A program made the position numbers and the translations under genes. This document shows positions 7,141 through 16,153 of a DNA stretch of 64,000 nucleotides, one piece after another. The notes beneath the pieces are model-generated. The model was not told the origin of the DNA. It worked only from the letters and a program-made list of their open reading frames with translations, and did no database searches. The stretch comes from a virus: positions 128,001 through 192,000 of the IMG/VR virus record IMGVR_UViG_3300017991_000049, one strand, 5' to 3'. Every line of letters begins with the position of its first letter. Position 1 is the stretch's first letter.

Positions 7141-9762
7141 CTATTGAAGCATCTGTAGCATTTGTTGACGGCGCGGCTCGCCTGGCCCGACAAACGGTAT
7201 GGTAAAGCCCTTCTCCGCCTTGATGCCTTCGATGGCCTTCTGGCGCATCTCTGGCGGGAGCTGCGCGATGAGCTGCGCCATCTGCTGGTCTGGGATCTTC
7301 TTGTAAGCCCACGCCTTGATCAGGTCTTTGACGTCAGCTTGGGAGTCCAAGATGCCTTTCTTGCCGCCCTTATCGCCGTACTTGTTCACCCAGCCGAACT
7401 GTTGTCGTAGATCGGCCATGGCCTGTTCGGGCGTCTGCGGCTCAGGCGGTCCCTGGCGGACGCCAGCCGGTACGTTGGCCTCGTTACGCATTCCAGGAGG
7501 CCCTTGTAACGCCGGATCGGCCGCTGGTATCTCATTAGGCGGCTCTTCGGGCGGAAGCTCCGGAACTGGCGCTGCGGCTGCTGGCGGCGGCACAGGGCCA
7601 GCAGGCTCTACGCCAGGAATCTCAGGCGGCCCTTCGGGCATTGTTGGCCCAGCCGGGGGCTGTTCAGCGCCCTCAGGCGCTGCCTGGTCGCCTCCACCGC
7701 CGAACTGGTTCATCACCCAGTCGCCACCTCCGAAGGCCCATCCGAGCCCACCGAGACCGAGCGCGCCGCCGAGCATGGTCATCATGCCGTCGCCGCCCAT
7801 CAGGCCGTTGATGAGCCCCATGACAGCGCCACCGACGCCGACGATGAGACCGAGCTTCTCGTGCCAATCCGAGTTCTTCCACCAATCGATGGCCTGCTCG
7901 ATGTAGCCCGGATCCTGCTTTAGCTGCTCAGGATCAGCGCCCATCTGGGCCGCGTCCTGCTCGGCTTTGTACTCGAACGCCTTGCTGAGGTCGTCGGCAT
8001 CGTATTCACCGTCAGCCCACTGGCGGGCGATCTTGCCCATGGCCTGCTCAACAGGGATGCCCTGCTCATAGGCCAGCTTGTGCGCCTTCTCGATACTGCG
8101 GTTCGCAATGACCTGCTGCACGGCACGTGGCACCTGCTCCTGTGGCACCTGCCCGGAGTTGATGGCGGCCGTCAGCTGCTCGATCTGTTGCGGCTGCATC
8201 GGATTGCTCATGGCGCGCTGGAAGGCGTCGTCGCCTACAGGGCCCTCGTAGATCATCTGGGCGACCGCTGGGTCCAACGGCTGCTGTGGTGCTGCAGGAG
8301 GCTGTCCAGGGGCCTCAGCGGCCGGAGGCGGCTGTTGTGGTGCTGCGGCCGGAGGCGGCTGTTGTGGTGCTGCGCCCGGTTCTGGTTGCGCTGGTGGCGC
8401 TCCAGTAGCCGCTCCTGGAGCCTGAACGGTCCCAGAGGCCGATGGTGTTGCAGGAGCGCCCTGAGCGCCCTGAGGGCCGCCCATCTCTGGGATCGGTCCT
8501 GTGGGCGGCAGCTCTGTAGCAGCGCTTGGCTGCGTAGCGGCAGGCGGGTTGGCCTGTGCTGCTGCCGCGCCAGCCTGTTGGCCAGCGGCAAACGATTCGG
8601 TCGGTGCGCTGGGCGCTGCTGGCGTTAGCGGCGCTGGTTTCGGTCTGTTGCCCTGCATGAGGCTTTCCATGTGCTTCACGAGTATGGATTGCTGTGTTGG
8701 ATATGCTTCGACCGCTGGTGGCCCTTGTTCGCCGAAAGACTGTTCCCACTTCTCGTACTCGGCTTGCGCTGCGTCGAAGAAGCCTTTCTTCTCTTCATCG
8801 GTGAGTCTTGCGAGCACCTGTTGCTCGGGACTGCCCTCTGGCCACATGCCAGCGCCGACCGAACCCATCTCGCCGAAGATCAGGCCCAGGAAGCCCTTGC
8901 CTTTGCCGACGACATACGGCAACGCCGTCGACGCCGTATCGAACATGATACGCCCGGTGTCGGTGAATTTGTCGCCGGGGCCCTGCTTAGCGGCTGAGCT
9001 TTCAGTGTCGTGCCACCAGTCGTCGAATCCGCGGCTGGTCCGTGGACTGAACAACTGGTGCATACCGCGCTCATACGCGTTCTGGTACGGCACACGCGCC
9101 GAGCGCATTGCTTCCACGCCGTGATCAGTGATGCCTAGAGCATCAGTGCCGTAGGCACCGAGCTGTCCGATACCACCAATCACGTCGCCCCAGAAGCCGC
9201 CTGCGCCGCCCAGTGCGCCTTTCGTTGCAGCTACAACTGGCGCGATGAAGCCTGGGTTACGAATTTGACGCCCGCCGGGGGCGTTGAAACCCTGCTCAGC
9301 ACTGATCTGGTCCTGTGTGGCCCAGCCTGGCCCTTCATCGATTCCAGGCGTATTTTGCCACTGCCATTCGTTCTTCCGGCTCGGTGTGCCTACCTTGTGT
9401 CCCGGATCCAATCCCGGCTTGGTAGCCGGATCGATACCACGAGAGATGAGGTCGGCACGCATGCGGGCCTGCTCTGCTTCGATCGACGGACGCGGCCCCG
9501 GTGCAGGGCCAGGACCGTCCCAGGCTAGCTCCGGCGGCTTGAATGCGGGCTGTTTCGCCCCACGTGCGTACATGGCCGCGCCCATACGGCCACCGATCGG
9601 GCCGGCGAGCGGGAGAGCCTGCTTCTCGAGCGCCGCACCCTCAGTGAATAAAGATGCAGGGCTGCCTGCTGACCGCTGGCGTGGTTGGTCAGCAGACAGG
9701 CCCTGCGGAGCGGATTCGATGGTCAAGGCAAAGGCTGCCTTGATTAGCTGTTCTGTGTTCAT
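7141..9762 (-). CDS. Large Pro/Ala/Gln-rich virion-associated protein with Gly-zipper segment
   Basis: The 873-aa product has long low-complexity PAQ tracts. A 'GLIVGVGGAVMGLINGLMGGDGMMTMLGGALGLGGLGWAFGGGD' segment looks like an ejection, internal or tape-measure-type protein. Confidence 0.45.
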   Translation of the reverse strand: MNTEQLIKAAFALTIESAPQGLSADQPRQRSAGSPASLFTEGAALEKQALPLAGPIGGRMGAAMYARGAKQPAFKPPELAWDGPGPAPGPRPSIEAEQARMRADLISRGIDPATKPGLDPGHKVGTPSRKNEWQWQNTPGIDEGPGWATQDQISAEQGFNAPGGRQIRNPGFIAPVVAATKGALGGAGGFWGDVIGGIGQLGAYGTDALGITDHGVEAMRSARVPYQNAYERGMHQLFSPRTSRGFDDWWHDTESSAAKQGPGDKFTDTGRIMFDTASTALPYVVGKGKGFLGLIFGEMGSVGAGMWPEGSPEQQVLARLTDEEKKGFFDAAQAEYEKWEQSFGEQGPPAVEAYPTQQSILVKHMESLMQGNRPKPAPLTPAAPSAPTESFAAGQQAGAAAAQANPPAATQPSAATELPPTGPIPEMGGPQGAQGAPATPSASGTVQAPGAATGAPPAQPEPGAAPQQPPPAAAPQQPPPAAEAPGQPPAAPQQPLDPAVAQMIYEGPVGDDAFQRAMSNPMQPQQIEQLTAAINSGQVPQEQVPRAVQQVIANRSIEKAHKLAYEQGIPVEQAMGKIARQWADGEYDADDLSKAFEYKAEQDAAQMGADPEQLKQDPGYIEQAIDWWKNSDWHEKLGLIVGVGGAVMGLINGLMGGDGMMTMLGGALGLGGLGWAFGGGDWVMNQFGGGGDQAAPEGAEQPPAGPTMPEGPPEIPGVEPAGPVPPPAAAAPVPELPPEEPPNEIPAADPALQGPPGMRNEANVPAGVRQGPPEPQTPEQAMADLRQQFGWVNKYGDKGGKKGILDSQADVKDLIKAWAYKKIPDQQMAQLIAQLPPEMRQKAIEGIKAEKGFTIPFVGPGEPRRQQMLQMLQ

Positions 9763-9770
9763 GGCTATCC

Positions 9771-10673
9771 CTAAAGCTGAATGCCGGGCCAGCGTGCAAT
9801 CTTGTCTCGGCTCGGGCTGACCTTCTTGTCGCTGAGCCCGTCAGTCGCTTCGGTGGTCGGACATGCCGGCTTGAACCCGCCAGCGGCCGGACCGTATGTG
9901 CTGTTCTGCAACACCTGCGTCACGCTGGGCACGAGCATGGCCAGCTTGTCGTAGGCATCCTTTTCCTGCGCAGCCTCCTGCTTCTTCTTTTCCTTCTCTG
10001 CCCGCTGGTTCTCGTACTGCTGTTCGTAGTTGTTGCCGGGCAGCCACTTGTCGAGCAACATCGAGGTCGGTAGGCCGGCAGCCAATCCGCCGATGCCCAT
10101 ACCAGCTAGACTGCCCAGCGGATGTCCAGTCATTCCACCGGCTGCGCTACCAACACCCATACCAGCAAGCAGGGGAACCACTGAGCCCCAGGTGTGCAGA
10201 CTGTTACGCTCTGTGTCTGGCATTTCACCGCTTTCCCAGCTAGGCGCCTTCTGCCGCCCGCCAAGCGCATAACCGGCAACGCCGCCTGCGCCCATACCGC
10301 CGAGCGCGCCGAGGCCAGCACCAGCGCCGATGTCTTCACCCATGAGATGTGCGATAAGCGCACCTAGGCCAGCGCCACCGGCGCCGCCACCGAGCATACC
10401 AAGACCGGTCTTAGCGCCACGCCGTGCACCTCTCGCATAGCCCTCAGTGCGGTTGCCGGACGGCGCAAACATCGCACCAAGTCCGCCGCCGATGAGGCCG
10501 GTGTCCGAAATGCTCTGCTTCTCCAGTGCGAGCTTCTCCAGCCGCTCAGCACACGCCTCGGCCATCTTACGACGACCCCTGCGCTTCTTGAGCGCTTTGG
10601 CGACGATCTTGTCCTGCTCGTCGTCCTCTTCGATCGGCTTACGGACGGCCATTATGTCTTGTGGGTCAGGCAT
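9771..10673 (-). CDS. Glycine-zipper membrane protein
   Basis: The product has GxxxG-rich repeats such as 'GIGGLAAGL' and 'GAGAGLGALGGMGAGGVAGYALGG'. An AAGGAGAG ribosome-binding site lies upstream. Confidence 0.45.
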   Translation of the reverse strand: MPDPQDIMAVRKPIEEDDEQDKIVAKALKKRRGRRKMAEACAERLEKLALEKQSISDTGLIGGGLGAMFAPSGNRTEGYARGARRGAKTGLGMLGGGAGGAGLGALIAHLMGEDIGAGAGLGALGGMGAGGVAGYALGGRQKAPSWESGEMPDTERNSLHTWGSVVPLLAGMGVGSAAGGMTGHPLGSLAGMGIGGLAAGLPTSMLLDKWLPGNNYEQQYENQRAEKEKKKQEAAQEKDAYDKLAMLVPSVTQVLQNSTYGPAAGGFKPACPTTEATDGLSDKKVSPSRDKIARWPGIQL

Positions 10674-10686
10674 CGTTCTCTCCTTG

Positions 10687-12138
10687 TTATGCGTATGACG
10701 ACAAGCGGCCGGCCTGGTCGAGCTGGTCTCGTAGGCCGCTGTGCAGGATATCCGCGCTCTGGTCGCTCATGGCGGTGTTGAACGCGTTGGGGTCATGCCC
10801 GGTCTCGAACTGGTCGCGCCGGGCCAGGTAGTTCTGCTGCGGCAAGCTGACGTCAGCACCGCCACGCAAGCCAGCACGCGCCTTGGAAGCGATCATGTCG
10901 CCCCGGCGCTCTAGGCCGCTGTAGTAATCCATCATCTTCTGGGCGTTGGCCTTCTGGCCCTCGCCGATCACGCTGCCACGGCTGGACAGTCCACCAACGT
11001 CGCCCTGTCGGAGCGAATCGTAGTATTCCATCTGTTCGCGGAATCGGCTGTCGGCCCACGGTGACTTCTGTTCCGGTACCGCACCACCGCCACCGGTGGC
11101 CTCGAAGCGCGCTGTGGCGTCAGGGAGATCCATGCTATCGGGCGGAGGGCTTTCCATCGTGCCCGACGCCATCGCATCACCAGGCGTACCAGGCTCAGCA
11201 GGCGCGTTCATGCCATCCATCCTGGCAATCTCAGCCTCGAAGCCTGGGCCACGAGGATTGGGCGGCTCGTTCATGCCATCCATCCTGGCGATCTCTGCCT
11301 CGAAGCCTGGGCCACGAGGGTTCGGTCCAGGCCCGCTCTCTGGCATGCGCGCGTTCATGTCGGCCACGGCCGCCTCAAAACCAGGGCCACGAGGGTTGCC
11401 AGGCTCAGGCGGCGCATTCATGCCGTCCATACGTGCAATCTCTGCTTCGAAGCCTGGACCACGTGGATTGGGCACAGGACCACTCTCAGGCATCCTGGCG
11501 TTCATGTCGGCCACAGCAGCATCGAAACCAGGGCCACGAGGGCTGTCCGGCTGTTGCCAGTTGATCTCCGGAAGCGGAGGCCCAGGGTACTTGTCCTTGG
11601 CGAGGTCAGGCGCACCAGGCTTAGGCGCATTGCCTGTAGGCTCACCGACAGTATCCCAGTTGACGTCCGGGAGCGGACCGCCAGGCGGCTGGTCGTAGGC
11701 TGCATCAACAGGCCCGCCCATGGCCGGGCTGATCGGCTGCTGCGGTGCTTGCGGAGTTGCAGGCTGCTGTGCTGCTACAGGCTTAGGCGCAGGACGCCGG
11801 CCGCTCGAATAGAACGAGTAATCGGCTGTTCTGTTGGGGTTGGCCGGGCCGCTGAGTGTTGCGCCCGGTGCGCCACCAGCGCCGACACCGCTGGCAGCAA
11901 GCGCCTTGGGTATGTCCTGAAAGCCCTTGTTGGCCATCATGGGCAGCTTAGCGGGCGGACGGGTAGGCGGCTTCAGCCCACCGACGCCACCTGCCATTGG
12001 CTTGGGGCCTACTGGATTGAGCGCCTTGAGACCGGCGCCTCCGACGCCACCAGCGCCACCAAGAGTCTTAGGTGGCTCAATAGGGGCAGCTTCCTTGAAC
12101 AGGCCCACGCCGGCCTGCAGAAGTTCTTGAGAGTTCAT
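10687..12138 (-). CDS. Repeat protein (about 5 copies of NPRGPGFEAEIARMDGMN)
   Basis: The product has tandem ~30-aa repeats and a Pro-rich linker. An AAGGAG ribosome-binding site lies upstream. Confidence 0.5.
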   Translation of the reverse strand: MNSQELLQAGVGLFKEAAPIEPPKTLGGAGGVGGAGLKALNPVGPKPMAGGVGGLKPPTRPPAKLPMMANKGFQDIPKALAASGVGAGGAPGATLSGPANPNRTADYSFYSSGRRPAPKPVAAQQPATPQAPQQPISPAMGGPVDAAYDQPPGGPLPDVNWDTVGEPTGNAPKPGAPDLAKDKYPGPPLPEINWQQPDSPRGPGFDAAVADMNARMPESGPVPNPRGPGFEAEIARMDGMNAPPEPGNPRGPGFEAAVADMNARMPESGPGPNPRGPGFEAEIARMDGMNEPPNPRGPGFEAEIARMDGMNAPAEPGTPGDAMASGTMESPPPDSMDLPDATARFEATGGGGAVPEQKSPWADSRFREQMEYYDSLRQGDVGGLSSRGSVIGEGQKANAQKMMDYYSGLERRGDMIASKARAGLRGGADVSLPQQNYLARRDQFETGHDPNAFNTAMSDQSADILHSGLRDQLDQAGRLSSYA

Positions 12139-12183
12139 TGTCCGCTCCTTGGACTTGTGTTCCGCTCCTCTAATTTACCAGCT

Positions 12184-12822
12184 TTACCCCTCTGGGACAT
12201 AGAGACCTTCGAACAACTTCCAGTCGATCTGGTCGGTGATCTGGCGGATGTGTTCGGGCTTCAGTAGCTCCAAATACTGCTTTTCCGTGTAGTATTGGCG
12301 CTTGAACTTGTACTGAGGCATCCCTCCAGGGGTACTGCCTGGCCGTACAATCGTCTCCGGCAGCGCGTCCCAGCGCTTCTTCGGCGGGCCCAGCAGCTCG
12401 GTCATCGGCGCGTAGAGCGCGTCCAGCGACTCCAGCACGTCCTCGTACCGAACGATGGCCTTGTCGTACTTCGTCTTGAACCAGGCCCGGTAGAAGTTGT
12501 TGTACTGCCCGATGCGGTAGCCCAACTTCGCTGGCCCGTACGAAAACGGAATCTTGGTGTCGGGGATCTTGGTGCCCTGATGGCCTGCCTGCACTGCCCA
12601 TGCATGCCAACTGACGATCCACGCATAGGGATCCTTCAAATTGATCAGCAGAACAGTATTGAGCGGCCAATCTCTCGAGTCCTGTACTGTGCGGTGCTTG
12701 GTAGTACGCCCGCGCTTACCGCGGCGACCGACCAGGTGATTGTATCCCCAACCATCTTCCACCATCTTGCCACACATGGTCGTGCCAGAGCGTGGCAATC
12801 CTCGCTGTTGTACCTTACGCAT
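12184..12822 (-). CDS. Sulfotransferase-domain protein
   Basis: The N-terminal 'RGLPRSGTTM' is a 5'-PSB motif. Confidence 0.45.
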   Translation of the reverse strand: MRKVQQRGLPRSGTTMCGKMVEDGWGYNHLVGRRGKRGRTTKHRTVQDSRDWPLNTVLLINLKDPYAWIVSWHAWAVQAGHQGTKIPDTKIPFSYGPAKLGYRIGQYNNFYRAWFKTKYDKAIVRYEDVLESLDALYAPMTELLGPPKKRWDALPETIVRPGSTPGGMPQYKFKRQYYTEKQYLELLKPEHIRQITDQIDWKLFEGLYVPEG

Positions 12823-12830
12823 ATCGGTCC

Positions 12831-13517
12831 TTACGTCTTGGAGAACTTGTTCAGTGTGCTGTCTATCAACGTGGACGGTAACGGCTTGCCGAGCGCTTGC
12901 TCAGTGGCAGCGAATTGGTCCGGTCGTGACATCATGTTCCACGTGGTGCTGCCTGCAGCCTCTCCAGCGCGCTGACCGAAGTTCTTAGCCCAGTCAGGCG
13001 ACCAGTCTGGCAGGTAGCTCTGCGCCTTGTTGGCACCTACGCTAGGCGCTGCAAGACCAGCGAAGTACCGCGGAAGCTCCTGCGCTGCCACGCCTAGTCC
13101 GCCGCCTAGTGCACCACCACCGAGCATGCCCTTGGATATGCCGCTGAGCATATTCGACATGTAACCGGCCTTGGGCGCAACCTGATCGTAGTCAACGCCC
13201 ATTGACTGCAGCATCTGGATCTCTTCGGGATCCAGCTCGCCCGCTTCCTCGACGTTGACCATCTTCATGACGATCTGCGGGTCGATACCGGCTGACAAGA
13301 GCTGCTGCGCCATGTCCTGATCGATCGGTTCGCGGTAGCCGCCGCTGATGTTGCTCAGACCGCCAGCAAGGCCACCAGCAAGGCCACCAAGGCCAGCGCC
13401 CACGATACCGCTCTTGAGCGTCGGATCCCAGCCAGACATAGCTTCCTGGGCCTTGGAGGCCAGGTTGGCCATCCAAGGCGCTACGGCGACTTTCTCTAGG
13501 GTTGCGTACTTGTTCAT
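12831..13517 (-). CDS. Gly-rich (glycine-zipper) protein
   Basis: The product has 'GIVGAGLGGLAGGLAGGLSNISGG' and 'MLGGGALGGGLGVAA'. Confidence 0.4.
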   Translation of the reverse strand: MNKYATLEKVAVAPWMANLASKAQEAMSGWDPTLKSGIVGAGLGGLAGGLAGGLSNISGGYREPIDQDMAQQLLSAGIDPQIVMKMVNVEEAGELDPEEIQMLQSMGVDYDQVAPKAGYMSNMLSGISKGMLGGGALGGGLGVAAQELPRYFAGLAAPSVGANKAQSYLPDWSPDWAKNFGQRAGEAAGSTTWNMMSRPDQFAATEQALGKPLPSTLIDSTLNKFSKT

Positions 13518-13527
13518 TGTCTTGTCC

Positions 13528-14691
13528 TTATAGCCACGGCACAGGATCGCCGATGTCTGGGAACTCCGACAGGTCTACGGGCGACAAAGAATAGCCGACC
13601 GGCAACGTTGCAGCGATCAGATCGTATTGACCATTGACTGCGCACGAGCCGCTCACCTTCTCTCCATAGTTGGCAACAGCCCAGTGCTGCGATACCCACA
13701 CCAACTCGTTGTTGACGATGATGAACTGCGGATCCCCCGAATCGCCGGTATAGATCTGTTTGTCTGGCGGATAGAAAGCCGCACGCTGCGCATCGCCCGA
13801 AACGAACTCTGGATCTCGTGTACGGAAGCTTTGCCACTTGGAGGTGCCGTAGCACCCGGTTATGTCCATCACCAATGCGTCTTCGCGGTTGTTGCGACTG
13901 TTCTGGCAGAACGTCGGTATGCCGTAGGCTTTAACATCAGGGTCTTCGAAGCTGATGTAGCTCTTGCCAGTGAACTTCACGGCGTCTTCAGGCCGCAGGA
14001 ACTTGCACGGCGTGATCGTGCCCGGTAAGTCTAAGTTCAGCTCGCACACTGTTATGTCAAGCGTATGTCCGCCATCCTCCGGCGGCCTGAAGAGCGATGT
14101 CTTCGACTGAATTGTGCGCTTCTCTACGGCGTTGGCCATCGTTATGAAGTGCAACTCAGCGCCGACTGGTGGATCCCAATGCGTTGCGGCTATCACGTGC
14201 TTGGGCGTGATCAACGTACATGCCTGTTGGCGGTTATTCGTGTTGTACGGCGAGATGCACGTCATATCGATGTCCGCTGCCCAGCAGTTGACATTGCGCA
14301 CGTACGTGTCGGTCTCCTCGACACGGGTCGTGTACATTGGGAGCGCCACATCGGGATCAAGCCCACGGATCCGATCGTCGACCATGGCCGAGGCGTGCTC
14401 AAACAACGTGATAGGCGCCTGCGACGAGGACGATGACGACTCCACGACAACAGGCTCAGGGCTGACCGTACGAGGTGTCTCCTCGCCAAGGTGCCAGGGG
14501 TCGTTCTCTGTGGAGGCTCTGTCTGGCGCAGGGTAGCCGTCAGGGATGCCAGAGGCGCGCGGCTGTGGCCGCCACACAGGGTAGACGTGGATCAGGCTGT
14601 CCTGGGGCACAACGGTAGCGTTAGGGCGCCGATACGTGGTTCGGATACCCTCCCGCTCTAGGAATCGTCGTGCGTCGCCTGTGATTGCCAT
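13528..14691 (-). CDS. S1 (trypsin)-like serine peptidase-fold protein, paralog 1
   Basis: 'LITPKHVIAATHW' resembles the TAAHC motif and 'TGDSGDPQFIIVNNELVW' resembles GDSGGP. The N-terminal 100 aa are shared with the adjacent paralog. Confidence 0.5.
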   Translation of the reverse strand: MAITGDARRFLEREGIRTTYRRPNATVVPQDSLIHVYPVWRPQPRASGIPDGYPAPDRASTENDPWHLGEETPRTVSPEPVVVESSSSSSQAPITLFEHASAMVDDRIRGLDPDVALPMYTTRVEETDTYVRNVNCWAADIDMTCISPYNTNNRQQACTLITPKHVIAATHWDPPVGAELHFITMANAVEKRTIQSKTSLFRPPEDGGHTLDITVCELNLDLPGTITPCKFLRPEDAVKFTGKSYISFEDPDVKAYGIPTFCQNSRNNREDALVMDITGCYGTSKWQSFRTRDPEFVSGDAQRAAFYPPDKQIYTGDSGDPQFIIVNNELVWVSQHWAVANYGEKVSGSCAVNGQYDLIAATLPVGYSLSPVDLSEFPDIGDPVPWL

Positions 14692-15858
14692 TTATGCCTC
14701 CGATGCGCGCCATGCGCACATTGGGCCGACGTCTGGAAACCCGGATATGTCAATCGACCCCAATTCGTAGCCTACCGGTAACAGCGCATTGATGTCTGCT
14801 GCCATTCCGCTTAGAAACGGTCGGCCGGTGCCGCCGTCCCGCTGGGTGAGGATGCTCGTATGCATGTTTATGAGCGCCAACTCGCCGTTGACGATAGCAC
14901 ACGTCACGTCGCCCGAGTCGCCGGAGTTGATCTTGTTCGGATAGAACGCGTCGCGCGTTGGATCGTAGGAACGGTAATACCACGCTGTACGGTACTTGAC
15001 CTCCGGATACAGCCCGCCAATATCCATCACTTGGCCATCTTCGCGAGCGCTGCGGCTGTTCCCTACGAACACTGGCATACCAACGGCTTTGTTCTCCTCG
15101 GTGATGGGCGCAAACAGATAGCCAGGTCCAGCAAACTTCACATCGGCCTCCGCCGGCAATAGCTTGGCCGGCGTGATCGTCCCTGGGAGATCAGAGCTCA
15201 ACTCGCCGATACGCATATCAGCCGTCTGTGGCCCAGTGCTCGGGTCGATGTACGTCACGTCGGTCCAAGACATGAGCGTACGCTTCTCGACCACGTTGCC
15301 CATAGTGACAAAGTGGAGCACGCTCCCGATAGGAGGATACCAGCCAAGGTGCGTCACCGATATCACATGCTTGGGCGTGATTAGCGTAGCGCTCTTCATG
15401 TGGTTATCGTCGTTCCACGGAACGAGGCAGGTCATATCGACATCTGCGGCCCAGAAGCTGGTATTCCGTACGTACGTCTCGGTCGCACCATCTCGGACGG
15501 TGAACATGGGCACGGCGACATTCGGATCCAGTCCTCGGATACGGTCGTCGATCTGCGCTGTGGCATGCTCTAACAACGTAGTGGTCTGCACCGACGACGA
15601 AGATGAACTCTCCTCAGGCACCACGGGCACGACAGTGCGCGGCGTGACTGGGCCAAGATGCCAGGGGTCGTTCTGCGTGGAAGCTCTGTCGGGGTTAGGC
15701 GCGCCGTTGAGGATGCCAGAGGCACGTGGGAACGGCCGATCCACAGGATAGTCGTGGATGGCGCTGTCACCAGGCACAACGGTCCCGATCGGTCGCCTGT
15801 ACGTTGACCGCATCTTCGCGCGCTCCAAGAAGCGCCTAGCGTCCATGGTGACAGTCAT
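14692..15858 (-). CDS. S1 (trypsin)-like serine peptidase-fold protein, paralog 2
   Basis: The product has 'LITPKHVISVTHL' and 'NSGDSGDVTCAIVNGELALINMH'. Its N-terminus, 'MTVTMDARRFLERAKMRSTYRRP', is highly similar to that of paralog 1. Confidence 0.5.
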   Translation of the reverse strand: MTVTMDARRFLERAKMRSTYRRPIGTVVPGDSAIHDYPVDRPFPRASGILNGAPNPDRASTQNDPWHLGPVTPRTVVPVVPEESSSSSSVQTTTLLEHATAQIDDRIRGLDPNVAVPMFTVRDGATETYVRNTSFWAADVDMTCLVPWNDDNHMKSATLITPKHVISVTHLGWYPPIGSVLHFVTMGNVVEKRTLMSWTDVTYIDPSTGPQTADMRIGELSSDLPGTITPAKLLPAEADVKFAGPGYLFAPITEENKAVGMPVFVGNSRSAREDGQVMDIGGLYPEVKYRTAWYYRSYDPTRDAFYPNKINSGDSGDVTCAIVNGELALINMHTSILTQRDGGTGRPFLSGMAADINALLPVGYELGSIDISGFPDVGPMCAWRASEA

Positions 15859-15866
15859 TGGCGCCC

Positions 15867-16142
15867 CTAGATCTTAGCGACGATACCCCAGTCAGCGTCA
15901 CATGCAGCACCGCTGCCCTTGATCGTGACTTTGGTGATCCCTGACCGCTTACGGCGGAAGACCAGCGTAGCACCAGGGCGCATGGTAATGAAGTCGGCAG
16001 CGTCGTGCAGACCTTCGATGTTCACCATGCCCGGGTTAGCCGAGCTGGACAGGATGTGCACCATGAACGACGTGCAGCCCTGCTTATCTGAGTAGACGAC
16101 CGTGCCGCCCGTACCGTAGTTTCCAGTTCCTGCTGTGGCCAT
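15867..16142 (-). CDS. Small hypothetical protein
   Basis: An AAGGAG ribosome-binding site lies before MATAGTGNYG. Confidence 0.35.
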   Translation of the reverse strand: MATAGTGNYGTGGTVVYSDKQGCTSFMVHILSSSANPGMVNIEGLHDAADFITMRPGATLVFRRKRSGITKVTIKGSGAACDADWGIVAKI

Positions 16143-16153
16143 TCGTTGGCTCC

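Noticed and set aside
8253-8749. Nested or overlapping minus- and plus-strand ORFs inside the Pro/Ala-rich 7141..9762 gene
   Set aside because: They are alternate-frame artefacts of a GC-rich repetitive coding sequence.
11190-11520. Direct repeats that could be mistaken for a CRISPR array or DGR template
   Set aside because: The repeats are in-frame coding repeats with no spacers of unique sequence. No cas genes or reverse transcriptase are present.
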